A stretch of DNA of 63,931 nt, counting the filler, from Octopus bimaculoides (Eukaryota), in NCBI RefSeq assembly GCF_001194135.2. It is 6 parts of 6 records of this genome, joined end to end, with 100 filler letters (N's around TTAATTAATTAA, not from the genome) between each part and the next. Parts side by side here need not be neighbours in the genome. Positions count along the whole stretch, not along the records: positions 35,650 to 53,863 come from NC_068988.1; positions 53,964 to 55,981 come from NW_026315275.1; positions 56,082 to 58,263 come from NC_068983.1; positions 58,364 to 63,931 come from NC_068995.1; 2 more parts are not named here. One strand, written 5' to 3'. Every line of letters begins with the position of its first letter. Positions within the stretch are counted from its first letter, which is position 1. This document shows positions 49,325 through 63,122 of the stretch, piece by piece. The notes beneath the pieces are model-generated. The model was not told the DNA's origin and searched no databases. It worked only from the letters and a program-made list of their open reading frames with translations. Made by a program: the position numbers and the translations under genes.

Positions 49325-49558
49325 AAGAGGTCCCGATGTTACAATTCTGTAAATAGTAATAATAATATTTTTATAAGCTTAAACATAGAAGTGATCACCG
49401 TGCATTGACTAAGGGAAATGGTCTAATATTTGGGCATATAAGCCCTCGACAGAAAAAAGACTATTTTCCTTAGTTAATGTACTGTGATCGCTTATAGCAT
49501 TAAGCTTATAAAAATATCATTATTATTATTTACAGAATTGTAAAATCGACACCGCATA
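49324..49558. mobile_element. Fold-back MITE, probably Tc1/mariner-type
   Basis: ~98-bp imperfect inverted arms (49326-49423 / 49459-49556), a ~35-bp spacer, and TA at 49324-25 and 49557-58. Confidence 0.75.
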
Positions 49559-50257
49559 CCAAATCATCGCAGAAAACGCATATGTATGTTTGCTTAAAAG
49601 ATAGGAGCGGTCAACAAACTGCGACACTCTTCTTCAGGAGATTCACTCCTCTTTTATTTTAGGACCACAGTATAGAAGGAATGTATGTGCTTTGCTTGTT
49701 TGCAGGTAAGAAGCGATTTATACGAAACATCGATGTTCGTTGCTCCTGAAAGGGATTTAGGGAGAGTTGTCTCACCCGTCCATGACTTTCAGGTGTTTTA
49801 ACCACCCGCGGAAGTCATCCGGCAAAGAAGCGTCTCACGTATGTTAAGTATGTATGGTTGATAATGCCTACAACACAAATACTGCTTGTAATTCATAACT
49901 GAATTTAGTTTTACGTCTGCGTCGTCGGGGTATACCAGTAAATGACTTTTACACTCTTTGTATACAGTCATGGTCTGGTGATTCAGCTCACCTCCATTTT
50001 CGTTGATAAAAAACAAAAATGGCGAGACATCGATGTCCATCGCTCCTGGATAGGATTTAGGACGAGTTGTCTCACATGTTCATGAATTTCAGGTGTTTTA
50101 ACAGCCTGCACTTTGAGAGAGTCATCCGCACCGCACTTAATCGCAGCCTACCGGCAAACAAGTCTGGCTCGCACATTGAGTATGTGTAGTCGATAATACA
50201 CATACACGCACACACATGCATGCATGCATACATACACACACACACATCATACATACA

Positions 50258-50319
<62 letters not shown>

Positions 50320-51307
50320 NNNNNNNNNNNNNNNNNNNNNNNNNNNNNNNNNNNNNNNNNNNNNNNNNNNNNNNNNNNNNNNNNNNNNNNNNNNNNNNNN
50401 NNNNNNNNNNNNNNNNNNNNNNNNNNNNNNNNNNNNNNNNNNNNNNNNNNNNNNNNNNNNNNNNNNNNNNNNNNNNNNNNNNNNNNNNNNNNNNNNNNNN
50501 NNNNNNNNNNNNNNNNNNNNNNNNNNNNNNNNNNNNNNNNNNNNNNNNNNNNNNNNNNNNNNNNNNNNNNNNNNNNNNNNNNNNNNNNNNNNNNNNNNNN
50601 NNNNNNNNNNNNNNNNNNNNNNNNNNNNNNNNNNNNNNNNNNNNNNNNNNNNNNNNNNNNNNNNNNNNNNNNNNNNNNNNNNNNNNNNNNNNNNNNNNNN
50701 NNNNNNNNNNNNNNNNNNNNNNNNNNNNNNNNNNNNNNNNNNNNNNNNNNNNNNNNNNNNNNNNNNNNNNNNNNNNNNNNNNNNNNNNNNNNNNNNNNNN
50801 NNNNNNNNNNNNNNNNNNNNNNNNNNNNNNNNNNNNNNNNNNNNNNNNNNNNNNNNNNNNNNNNNNNNNNNNNNNNNNNNNNNNNNNNNNNNNNNNNNNN
50901 NNNNNNNNNNNNNNNNNNNNNNNNNNNNNNNNNNNNNNNNNNNNNNNNNNNNNNNNNNNNNNNNNNNNNNNNNNNNNNNNNNNNNNNNNNNNNNNNNNNN
51001 NNNNNNNNNNNNNNNNNNNNNNNNNNNNNNNNNNNNNNNNNNNNNNNNNNNNNNNNNNNNNNNNNNNNNNNNNNNNNNNNNNNNNNNNNNNNNNNNNNNN
51101 NNNNNNNNNNNNNNNNNNNNNNNNNNNNNNNNNNNNNNNNNNNNNNNNNNNNNNNNNNNNNNNNNNNNNNNNNNNNNNNNNNNNNNNNNNNNNNNNNNNN
51201 NNNNNNNNNNNNNNNNNNNNNNNNNNNNNNNNNNNNNNNNNNNNNNNNNNNNNNNNNNNNNNNNNNNNNNNNNNNNNNNNNNNNNNNNNNNNNNNNNNNN
51301 NNNNNNN

Positions 51308-51342
<35 letters not shown>

Positions 51343-51507
51343 CTGGGTATGTGTGCGTACGTGTGTTGTGTGCACAATTATGTTATGCGTATGTAAGTCT
51401 GTGTTTTTCAGTGCGTATGTGTACATATCTACGAACGTATTTTTGCGTAGTTTTGTATAAGTATTCTAGGCAAGCTTATTCCTGAATAGCACTTACACAC
51501 AATAACA

Positions 51508-51546
<39 letters not shown>

Positions 51547-51892
51547 CATATATATACATATGTGTATGTACGTATGTATGTATATGCACGTATATGTATG
51601 TATATGTATATATAAATATATATACATGCATACATGCATACACACACATACGCATATAAAGGAATATATACATACACTTATATAAACTTACATATATGCA
51701 TGCACACATATATTACTGCAAGCATAAATACATACATACATATTAGTGTGTAGCTGAACCACTATAGAGTATAAATATGAGTGTGTGTGTGCGCGCGTGT
51801 ATATATGCATGTGTGTGTACATACATATGTGTGTAGTGTAGTGTGTGTGTGCGTATGTGTGTATACACACACGCATACACACATATATTATA

Positions 51893-52100
51893 TACGTGGT
51901 AATGCTGAACATTTCTTGGCTTTAAGGTTGTCAGAAGGTCCAACCTTCCGTATTCTATTAGAGGGCTTAGAAAAGCCGAAGGAACTCTGCAATAAGTGTG
52001 TGAAGCAGAGAAGGAAATATGTTGAATAAAGTCATAATCCATTGATCTTCCTGAATTTTATTTTTACCCAAAGCCAGTAACCTTTTAGTACACGCTTGTG
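51893..52100 (+). mobile_element. mariner-derived MITE
   Basis: Second copy of 35650-35864. Retains the transposase tail GLEKPKELCNKCVKQRRKYVE*. Confidence 0.8.
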
Positions 52101-52320
52101 CCCGTGTGTGTGTTTACAGAGAGAGGGACAGGGAGAGAGATAGTTTGTTTAATGACACCCCTTATAGCATCACCTGAGGCGATATGTCGACACCAAAGGA
52201 TAACACCACAACCAGTGGTACAGTATCCCACCCACGAGGGATTGACGCAGAATGTGTCGAAAGGATCGTTGTGAGCAATAAAGTTGCTTGTATATTCCAT
52301 TTTCCGTCTTTCTCACTTGT

Positions 52321-52385
<65 letters not shown>

Positions 52386-53265
52386 GTGTGTATGCTAGCC
52401 TTGAAGCTGCCCTTCGGGCAGCATTCGGGCTGGTTCCTCCAGAGGGGATTTTTAAGGCCTTCGAGATCCATTTTCCATGTTTTCTTCTTTTTTCACATTT
52501 TCTTACATTGTATTCTGACGATGAAAATTTGCGACACATTCACAGAGTTATATGTAATTCTAAATTCACTGTAGTAATCAATTCACTTCGTATTTTTAGA
52601 CTTGAACCCCCATTCGTACTAAGCAAGTGAAATACATGACCATCATAGACATCATAATTTTTCCATCACTTCATCATTTCCGAAAAGAAATTAAAATGGG
52701 ATTGAGATAAAATGAATAGGATCCATTTCATCACAATCTCATTCTATCTTCTATTACAAATCTCTAGGGGATACTGTAACCGGAACAGGAAGATTATTTT
52801 TCCACATAGACATAGGTTTCATAAACTACAGAAAATAAATATCCACATTACCACACTTGAAACATACCTGTTACAGCTCTTTATCTCGATTTGAATGTAC
52901 GTGAAGGTATTTAGAATACCTAAACTTATTTCTGCAAATGTGCTAAGCACTAATGCTGATCATAGTTTAATTAATAAGCGTAGGAGCGAGGTAAATGAAG
53001 TAAAAATAGGGAGGTCAGTGGGGCCCCATTTAATCGACCCTTCAGAATTTGAACCTCCTTACGGTACTCCTTGGGTGTTCATGGTATGAAATTCATTGCT
53101 CTGATTTGGTCACCAATGCCATGTATTTAGTTTAAAATGCAGTAAGAATAGGACATTCGGTGGGATTAGGGGAGTTGCTGGTTTGAGTTTCGTTTTCCTT
53201 GCACCAACGGTCTAGGAGGAGTTAACGAACATGTAGCGTACAGAGAAACACCACTCAAATTATTT

Positions 53266-53317
<52 letters not shown>

Positions 53318-53651
53318 AGCAAAACATTTTTTAGTTCAAGACACTTCTTGAAAGTTGTAGCTACCTGATTGGTTGATATATACCTATAGGTGTACATCCT
53401 GTGCGCATGTGCGCGTCTGTACATAAAATCGAAGTTACAGTAGAATGCAAGAGTATATGTTTCATTACTGTGATTGTCTGCATATGTTTATTCTGCAACC
53501 TGAAATGAAGAAACCCTAAAATGTTCTACAAATATTACTGCATTTCTTATCGATTGCATGTATGTATGTATGTATGTATGTATGTATGTATGTATGTATG
53601 TATGTATGTGTATGTACGTGTGTATGTTTGTGTGTGTATGTATATCTGTTA

Positions 53652-54122
53652 GGGCACTACCTTGAGGAATTTTTAGTCGAACGAATCGCCCGAAGTACTT
53701 TTTTAAACCTAGTCCTTATTTTATCGGTCTCTTCTTCCACACCGCAAAAAAATCACGGGGACGTAAAGAAACCAGCACCAGTTGTCAAACGCAAGCACAA
53801 AGATATATACACACATGCACACATATAAACACATGAATACATACATGTATACATACATACATANNNNNNNNNNNNNNNNNNNNNNNNNNNNNNNNNNNNN
53901 NNNNNNNTTAATTAATTAANNNNNNNNNNNNNNNNNNNNNNNNNNNNNNNNNNNNNNNNNNNNACATATACGATGGGCTTCCAAACAATTTCCGTCTACC
54001 AAATTCTCTCACAGACACTAGTCGACCTGGGGTTATATTAGAAGACACCCGGCCAAGGTGCCTCGCAGTGAGACTGAACCCAAAGCAGCGTGATTAAAAA
54101 GCGAGCTTCTTATCCACACAGG
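53652..54122 (-). mobile_element. SINE-B, degenerate, split by a scaffold gap inside its microsatellite
   Basis: The 3' module (53652-53800) and 5' module (53964-54122) are in the expected order and orientation. Confidence 0.75.
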
Positions 54123-54197
54123 AACGCTTACGATTGGATCGGGAACCTAATTCAAGAAGGAATCAAAATTGGAATCGTGAGAGGCCTATCATATTCG

Positions 54198-54429
54198 TGG
54201 TACTCCGTCGGTTACGACGACGTGGGTTCCAATTGATCCGATCAACGGAACAGCCTGCTCCGGAAATTGACGTGCAAGTGGTTGAGTACTCCACAGACAC
54301 GTGTACTCTTAACGTAGTTCTCGGGGAGATTCAGCGTGACACAGTGTGTGACAAGACTGGCCCTTTGAAATACAGGTACAACAGAAACAGGAAGTGTGAA
54401 AGTTGTGGTGAAAAAATACAGCAGGGTTC
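54198..54429 (-). mobile_element. SINE-C 3' part
   Basis: Reverse complement of 43130-43370. The 5' part is in a gap. Confidence 0.9.
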
Positions 54430-55789
54430 NNNNNNNNNNNNNNNNNNNNNNNNNNNNNNNNNNNNNNNNNNNNNNNNNNNNNNNNNNNNNNNNNNNNNNN
54501 NNNNNNNNNNNNNNNNNNNNNNNNNNNNNNNNNNNNNNNNNNNNNNNNNNNNNNNNNNNNNNNNNNNNNNNNNNNNNNNNNNNNNNNNNNNNNNNNNNNN
54601 NNNNNNNNNNNNNNNNNNNNNNNNNNNNNNNNNNNNNNNNNNNNNNNNNNNNNNNNNNNNNNNNNNNNNNNNNNNNNNNNNNNNNNNNNNNNNNNNNNNN
54701 NNNNNNNNNNNNNNNNNNNNNNNNNNNNNNNNNNNNNNNNNNNNNNNNNNNNNNNNNNNNNNNNNNNNNNNNNNNNNNNNNNNNNNNNNNNNNNNNNNNN
54801 NNNNNNNNNNNNNNNNNNNNNNNNNNNNNNNNNNNNNNNNNNNNNNNNNNNNNNNNNNNNNNNNNNNNNNNNNNNNNNNNNNNNNNNNNNNNNNNNNNNN
54901 NNNNNNNNNNNNNNNNNNNNNNNNNNNNNNNNNNNNNNNNNNNNNNNNNNNNNNNNNNNNNNNNNNNNNNNNNNNNNNNNNNNNNNNNNNNNNNNNNNNN
55001 NNNNNNNNNNNNNNNNNNNNNNNNNNNNNNNNNNNNNNNNNNNNNNNNNNNNNNNNNNNNNNNNNNNNNNNNNNNNNNNNNNNNNNNNNNNNNNNNNNNN
55101 NNNNNNNNNNNNNNNNNNNNNNNNNNNNNNNNNNNNNNNNNNNNNNNNNNNNNNNNNNNNNNNNNNNNNNNNNNNNNNNNNNNNNNNNNNNNNNNNNNNN
55201 NNNNNNNNNNNNNNNNNNNNNNNNNNNNNNNNNNNNNNNNNNNNNNNNNNNNNNNNNNNNNNNNNNNNNNNNNNNNNNNNNNNNNNNNNNNNNNNNNNNN
55301 NNNNNNNNNNNNNNNNNNNNNNNNNNNNNNNNNNNNNNNTATATATATATATATATCCACACATACACACACCTACATACATATATTTGCATGCGCTTTT
55401 GTCTATGTATCTGAGGAAGTTCTGTTCTTAAGTTGTGGAGTGGATGTGTGTGTGTGTGTGTGTGTGTGAATATATGCGAGCAGTAGACAAATACATTTCA
55501 CTCAGCTACCATAAGCCAGCCTAGACCGACCACGTGCTCTGACATGTGACTTGCTCTAACAGTTCTGTCTGTTCTGACAGCTTACTAATACTACTACTCC
55601 CAACAAACATCCGGTTGCATAGACACACATGGGTGCTTTTGTGTATATGAATGAATGTATGTATGTATGTATGTATGTATGTATGTATGTATATATATGT
55701 ATGTATGTGTGCACAAAGGGATTAAGGATATATATATATCTATATAAACACACACTCATTTACACCAACACATACACAATTACACTCTC

Positions 55790-55824
<35 letters not shown>

Positions 55825-55940
55825 CACACGCACATGTAATATGTATAAATTGTGTGTGCGCGCGCGCGTGCATGTTCAATAAACATACATAAACACATAC
55901 ATAGGTAGATACATGATACATACATACATAGATTTCGATG

Positions 55941-55981
<41 letters not shown>

Positions 55982-56340
55982 NNNNNNNNNNNNNNNNNNN
56001 NNNNNNNNNNNNNNNNNNNNNNNNNTTAATTAATTAANNNNNNNNNNNNNNNNNNNNNNNNNNNNNNNNNNNNNNNNNNNNATATATATATATATATATA
56101 TATACCAGTTGGTATCGATGACAATATGTTCAAAAATTCCAAGATATACTGGAAACTTACGTTCACCCGAGAATTCTTGCTGTTTATTTTGCTAAACAGT
56201 TAATACACTAGGGGGTTAATTAAAATATCTTCATATCTCAGAGTAATGTTCAACTGCTATTCCTTTAAAAATACCTCCCTCTTCTTAATAACATATACAC
56301 TTAAAGCTAAGTATGTATATTTGTGTGTGAGTGTTTTGTT

Positions 56341-56452
56341 TAGGCGTGGTTGACTGCAAAGAAGTTTGTGTCGGGTTCAGTCCCACTGCTTGGTAGCTGG
56401 GACCGAGCCCTAGCCTGACGAAAGTTTGTGAATGGATTTGGTAGATATGAAC
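56341..56452 (+). mobile_element. SINE-B 5' half, degenerate
   Basis: gggttcagtcccactgc...gtgaatggatttggtaga. Confidence 0.6.
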
Positions 56453-56456
56453 AGAC

Positions 56457-56489
<33 letters not shown>

Positions 56490-57123
56490 TACACACATTC
56501 AAAATATCTCTTGCCGTTTTTTCTTTTTTTCTTGTCTATATCTTTGTCTCTTTGTTTACATGTATGTATGAGCGATTATGTGCCTGTACGTTTACGTATA
56601 TCTGAATTACTTAACACTACAAAGATATACAATGATATACAGATCCAATAAAATAACCTCACTATATAAGATGATTGATAGTTGATAGTAGAATAACTTT
56701 GCCTTAGTTCTTTAGCGATTTCCCGGTATTTCGAGTTTGTAATATATTTTTTTCCTTCCAAAATCTTTTCTTCCTCGCCTAGTTTCAGTTTCTTTCTCCA
56801 TTTCGACCATGCTGCAGCTGAAACAGATGTTTTTGTTACATTTTTTCTGGATGTATTTTTTGCTTTCTTTCATTTGATAATTTTAAATCTTCCGCTTGTG
56901 TAACTAAGTTATTGTAATTGGTTTCGGAGTTATTTCTGGAATGTACTATTATGTAATTGCCATAAAAATGTTCATTATACTGATCGTATTTGTAATCAAA
57001 TAAGAAAAAATACTATCGAATTAATTCAGTGCATAAAACTTAGGACAACCTACAGAGTCTAATACAAAAAAATATATATTTGGGTATGTAAGTATATACA
57101 TACTTTCATACATAAATTTATAC

Positions 57124-57180
<57 letters not shown>

Positions 57181-57246
57181 NNNNNNNNNNNNNNNNNNNN
57201 NNNNNNNNNNNNNNNNNNNNNNNNNNNNNNNNNNNNNNNNNNNNNN

Positions 57247-57291
<45 letters not shown>

Positions 57292-57820
57292 CATACGTAT
57301 ATATAAATACGTACGTACACATGCACTCATACATAGACATACACGCATACTCACACACACACACAAACGTGTGTGTGTGTGTGAACGAACGAAAGAAAGT
57401 AGGTCTCTGCACATTTAGCTAGAGTTGCATTTATTATATAACGGTTCGGATCAGCTGCACATAACTTAAAGTTTCGTGGATATGGCACACTTCCAACAGT
57501 CTAAAAACAGTTGACGAGGTGAATACTCATTGAAACACCTACATGATCCGGGGTGTATACTGTGTCAAATATACTGTGCTCTTTTTATTGCGTGGTATAT
57601 TGGGCGTCCCTTGCGATTTGTTAAATTCGCATAGCTCTAAAGTCATTTGTGTGAGTGTGTATGTATGCATGTATGTATGTACGTATGTATGTATGTATGT
57701 ATTATGTATGTATGTATGTATGTATGTATGTATGTATAGATAGATAGATAGATAGATAGATACATTTCTTTTATTAGCCACACAGGNNNNNNNNNNGATA
57801 GATAGATAGATAGATAGATA

Positions 57821-58135
57821 CATTTCTTTTATTAGCCACACAGGGCTCAACAAAGATGGGACAAATACAATGAAGAGCTTTTCTTTTTGGGAGGGGGAAG
57901 GGAAAGAGAGAAAAATAAAAAAGTAGGGGTGTGTCGATCAAAAGGGATCGTAGGAAGGGAAAGAGGGGGAGTTCGATCAAAAGGGATCGAGGAAAAAAAA
58001 GCGATCAATAGGGATCGTGTATCACAGTAATGTTCTCGTGTAAAAAGAGGGGAGGACAGTTTAGGTTTAGCCGTGGAAAGAAAAGCCTACGGAAAAGACA
58101 ACGGTAGCCTTGGTCAATATTGTCATTGAAGAAAC
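57821..58135 (-). mobile_element. Probable LINE 3' UTR (Tx1-like end)
   Basis: Ends TGTCCCATCTTTGTTGAGCCCTGTGTGGCTAATAAAAGAAATG, similar to the Tx1-like end at 25861-25891 and to the SINE-A1 tail. Three internal GATCAA(A/T)AGGGATCG repeats. No coding part recognised. Confidence 0.5.
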
Positions 58136-58363
58136 TATAACAGCAAGTGACTCTCTTTTGCCTTTTTGTTTTTTGTCTGGATTTTTTTACTCCTTTATAG
58201 TGTTATGCTCAAGGTGGCTCCGTCATTCACACGTGCCATCCTTGCTACATTCACCCATATTTTNNNNNNNNNNNNNNNNNNNNNNNNNNNNNNNNNNNNN
58301 NNNNNNNTTAATTAATTAANNNNNNNNNNNNNNNNNNNNNNNNNNNNNNNNNNNNNNNNNNNN

Positions 58364-58625
58364 AATCGTAATTATTCTGCACATCCTCTGATAATGCACG
58401 GACGGTGATTCGGCGAATTTTCCACAGAGCTGCAGACACATCCTCGAAATCTCTCTCAGAGCTGCTGATTGCAGATCTCTCAAAATGTTCGTCAATATCG
58501 ATATATTTTTGGCCATTTGGAAAACATCAGAACCACTCGCACACTTGTGTGCGGCTCAAACACTCCTCTCCATACACTTTCTGCAACGTTGTGTAGGCCT
58601 CTGAGCAGTATCGCTATGATAAGTT
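58364..58625 (-). pseudogene. mariner transposase N-terminal HTH fragment
   Basis: EAYTTLQKVYGEECLSRTQVCEWF*CFPNG...IDEH..RS....ED......RRITVRALSEDV matches the mariner N-terminal HTH pattern. Confidence 0.85.
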
Positions 58626-59106
58626 TCTCTGTCATTGTCAATGCGACGATCACACGCTACACACGTTCCTTCCAAGCATTGCTGTAAACATCGGAAATGA
58701 TCTTTAATGTTAAAACTTAGTGCACATACACAACAGTTTTCCAAAGTCAATCTTTGCCAAGCGGCTTCTATCTGCGTGCTTTCATTTCGTTACGTAAAAC
58801 ATCTTTTAGTTCTTTCACTCGTTAGACCGTTGCTAATTTGGGTAACCGCCTTTTAGAATTTAATCAGCAAAACAACGAATTTTATTTAAATTTTAAAACT
58901 TTTACGAAGCCTCGTACGTATCATGTTGGTGCTTTTTCCTGAATCGTTGTTATGGGGATGCAAACACACTAACATCAGCTATAAAGTGATGGTGCGTGCA
59001 AACACAGACACGAACACGCGCGCACACACACACACACACACGCACACACACACATACAGACATATAGCGCACCTCCACCTCCACTCCCACAAACAAACGC
59101 ACACAT

Positions 59107-59250
59107 ATATACGGCGTATTTTTTCATTTTCTATCTACCGAATTCACTTACAAGTTTTTGGTCAGCCTTATGTTATAGCAGAAGACGCAGTGAAGGTTCC
59201 ATGCAGTTGGACAGAACCCATAATCGTGAGATTGGGAAGGGAAACTCTCA
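59107..59250 (-). mobile_element. SINE-B 5' half, degenerate
   Basis: tctaccgaattcacttacaag..ttggtcagcc..tatagcagaagac...acagaaccc. Confidence 0.6.
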
Positions 59251-59297
59251 AGAGATTGCTACATTCATCCATAAATATTTACATAGATCCGCATATA

Positions 59298-59328
<31 letters not shown>

Positions 59329-59561
59329 TTATGTGAGTGTGTGTGTTTGTGTGTGTGTATGTATGTGTGTTTATGTGTGCGTGTGTGTATTATTCGTTTA
59401 ATTGTGTCAGTCACTTAATTGCAGCCATGCAAGAACACACTCTTGCAAGCTCAGGGCTTATTCTCCCGGTCCCGTTTGCGGGACTGTTTATTTACGGACA
59501 CATAAACACACTACCATTGGTTGTGATGCGCTGGCAGAAGCACAAACGGAGACATACATAA

Positions 59562-59644
<83 letters not shown>

Positions 59645-59710
59645 CGTGTGTGTGCGTGTGTGTTTGTGTGTGTGTGTGCGTGTGTGTGTATGTGTGTGTC
59701 TCTCTCTCTT

Positions 59711-59744
<34 letters not shown>

Positions 59745-60669
59745 AACTTAACAACGTGGAGATATTCTCGCACCGAATCTTATGTAAATTTTCTTGTGTT
59801 CTCATGTTAAAGATCCTCTACTCATTCTTTTATATTGTTATTTTTCATAATTCCATTGGAGATTTTGTTTGTGTTTTTTCTTCAATCTGTTATTTGTATT
59901 TCATTTCAATTTCTTTGTTTAATTAAGTTTTCTCACGCATACGCCATGACTCCGTTTGTTACTAGAATGCTATATCTTCGTTCCACATTTTTTCAGACCA
60001 CCTCCTTTTCCACTGTCCTGTATAATATTATCTAAATAATTGATCGGTTATGTCCTTTATTTACGCCTACTTACATTTAACATTTTACAGAATGATTTGA
60101 AGCTTCATTCATCATTTATTTTTTTTTCTCTATTTCCTCTTTTACTTTTTCCTATTTTTCACGTTTTAGCTTTGATTTTTGCAACATATTTTTCTTACGC
60201 ATTCTTTGCCTCGATTACTCAAATTCCTATGTTGACTATTTTATTTACCTCCTATTCAGCTTATTTTCGGATCTATAATAACCATTTTAGATCTACCTTT
60301 ACTGGTCGGTATAGTATTTTAACGTTTGTTTGTTTTTTAGTCTTCTTTATAATATATATTATTCCACTTGACTCTTTCAGAAGCATCTGTCATTGTTTGT
60401 TAATTCTCAGTTGTTTGTCGCTCTTGCTTATTCTATTTGGAGATATACGGGAGACGTATGACCGCTGGATGCCGGTGTGTCTACGAAAACTCACTGATAT
60501 CATGAATATGATATAATATATTGACAGTATGAATATAATAAATATTTTCAAATTCACGTAAAACAGACAGGGAGAGAAGACAGAGAGGAACCATGAAAGG
60601 ATATTGGAGAAAACAAATATGAATGAAATTGGAGGATTAGATGGAGAGGACAGTACATGTATGTATTTA

Positions 60670-60792
<123 letters not shown>

Positions 60793-61299
60793 ATAGATAA
60801 ATAGATATGTGTATATATAAATATATATACGCATATACATAATGAATCAAACTAAGTGGAAGGGAGAAATGAAAACCCATAACATAAACAGCTGTTTCGA
60901 TGTTTTTGAGAGGAAAAAAAATGATATAAGGAACAACAATGTCGAAGGTAATATCAATAAAATAAAGATATCAAAATCAATTCTATTCGGCTGGATATTG
61001 ATATAGCAGCCGATAAAAATAGTTGCAAAAGAGGTTATTGAAAACTATATATAAACATGAAGAGAATATTGAACACAAGAATTACATGTACAAATATGGA
61101 AATTCAGAAAAATGTAAGCTAGAGAATATGACAGAACAATATTTAAGGTTCTTAGTCTTCTCGATATATATAAAGGTGGCGAATATGACTCTTTTATTGG
61201 CAATGCTAATAGACGCAAACCTGATTCAATGTTTTTCTTTTAGGGATGTATACCTATCTTAGTATTGAAGCTGATCAAACTTGTATGAACATGACCTAC

Positions 61300-62330
61300 T
61301 GCTGGAGACGTCTGTATTTCCTGTCTAACCACCACTGTCTATATTTGTTTCTAGCCAAGAATAGAATTTGTAAATGTTCCACTCCATCTAAATCTGTTAA
61401 TAATTACAATGGAATGCACTAGCTTTAAAGCAGACAAACAGAGCATTATTTTATGCAACAACCTAAAAGGATCTCTGTCGTTATCGACGATGTGTGTTCA
61501 GTGGACCAATCAACTAAATTGCCTGTTCAGAGATTGTTTTTTTACTTTCGTTCCATCAGTCATTTCTGTATCCATGCTTCTCTTCTTTATTTTATTCTTT
61601 CAGCTTACAATATTCTTGAGAGCAGTTGCTCAAATTCCTATGTTGACTAGTTGAATTGCTATATTCTGCGCTTTCATGTAAACTAAACGTATTCTACAAG
61701 TAGAATCAATGTTAAGTATGCATCGACATTCCAGCCAGTAAGAGAAGACTTCGCTATCCCACTCGATTCGAATCTTTTTAATGTTCTATGGAAGGCAATG
61801 GATATCATTGCATTCTTTTATGAATTAAAGTAAATAGAAGCCTGTAAGTGACTGATAATTCTAATGAAATGTATATCTTTAATGCAGTCTTGAAGCAAAA
61901 TAATTGTGATTAAGCGAGTGACAAGACCAAAGCTTTTGAATTGAAAACACAAAATTTCGGACAAGCTTCCACTCAGTTTCTGTCTATTTATTACATTCAT
62001 AAGATCTCAAATAACCTGAAGCTACAGTGAAACACTTCCGCAAATGTTATTGCTGTTGGATCAAAACTGAAACATGCTATTGAAAAGAACTTCTTAACTA
62101 TTCAGTCATGCAAACTAGATGTGTAGTGTTGAGTTTGAAATGTCCTTACGTTCGAGGAACTATGTTAGTGAGAAGAAAGATCTCCATTATTACACAATAA
62201 CAATAAATGCTGTCTGTTGTCCTACAATTTAAAGACAGCAAAACATAGTTAGCTTTCGAGAAGCTCCAAGTGATTCTTAGAACACATATCATCGGAATAA
62301 ATATCCTTGACCTGTGCATTTCAGCTGAGC
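61300..62330 (+). pseudogene. Possible hAT transposase remnant
   Basis: Fragments SAYNILESS, RLRYPTRFES and HKISNNLKLQ occur in the order of the hAT motifs LYNFFS.S, LC.TRW.SR and SK.LQ. Heavily decayed, no TIRs found. Confidence 0.35.
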
Positions 62331-62370
62331 ATGTGAGTCAAGAAATGAATTTAATATTAGATGAGCGCTT

Positions 62371-62577
62371 AAGTTAGCGAGCTGGCAGAATCTTTAGCTC
62401 CCCGGGAAGATACTTAGCAGAATTTCGTCCGTCTTAACGTTCAAATTTTAAATTCTGCCGAGGTCAATTTTGCGTTTAGGGGTCGAAAAAATAAGTTCGA
62501 TTTCAACACTGGAGTCGATGTAATCGATTTATATCCTCTCCTCTTATTGCTGGCTTTGTGCCATAATTTCAAGCCAA
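62371..62577 (+). mobile_element. SINE-A, degenerate
   Basis: Head gcgagctggcagaatc; tail TGGCTTTGTGCCATAATTTC. Confidence 0.8.
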
Positions 62578-62929
62578 TGTTGCATGAGACCGTGCTAGAT
62601 GGACAAAATATTTAGGATGGTGGAGAAAAAAACCTCATCGTTAATATTACGTACAATATTCAAATAAGACTGGCATCGACTTCATCACGCACCTGTCTGG
62701 TGTTTCAATTTGCTCTTCCAGATTAAATCCTATTCTAACCCTACTTCGTTGACAACAGGTTCTAAAAGCTGGCCAGAACCTAACCACTGATTCTCCTTAG
62801 AATTCCGAAAATAAATTCATTCTTCATGCCCAGCTATACTTCGACAAAAACGGTGAACTGTAGCATTTGACAACAGTTATTTAAAAATGACCACGCGTCG
62901 TTCAGCGTGGTCATCATTTACTTCATGAA

Positions 62930-63122
62930 AGGCAGCGAGCTGGCAGAAACGTTAGCACGCCGGGCGAAATACTTAGCAGTCTTTCAGTTCTGAGCTCAAA
63001 TTTCACCGAGGTCGACTTTGCCTTTCATCCTTCCGGGGTCGATAAATTAAGTACTAGTTACATACTGGTGTCGATCTACCTCCCACAACATTTCGGGCTG
63101 TGTGCCTAGAGTAGAAAAGATT
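62930..63122 (+). mobile_element. SINE-A with 14-bp TSD
   Basis: ATTTACTTCATGAA (62916-62929) vs ATTTACTTCACGAA (63123-63136). Confidence 0.9.

Noticed and set aside
57755-57845. Direct duplication of (GATA)n-CATTTCTTTTATTAGCCACACAGG
   Set aside because: The copies flank a 10-N gap, so these are unmerged overlapping contig ends.
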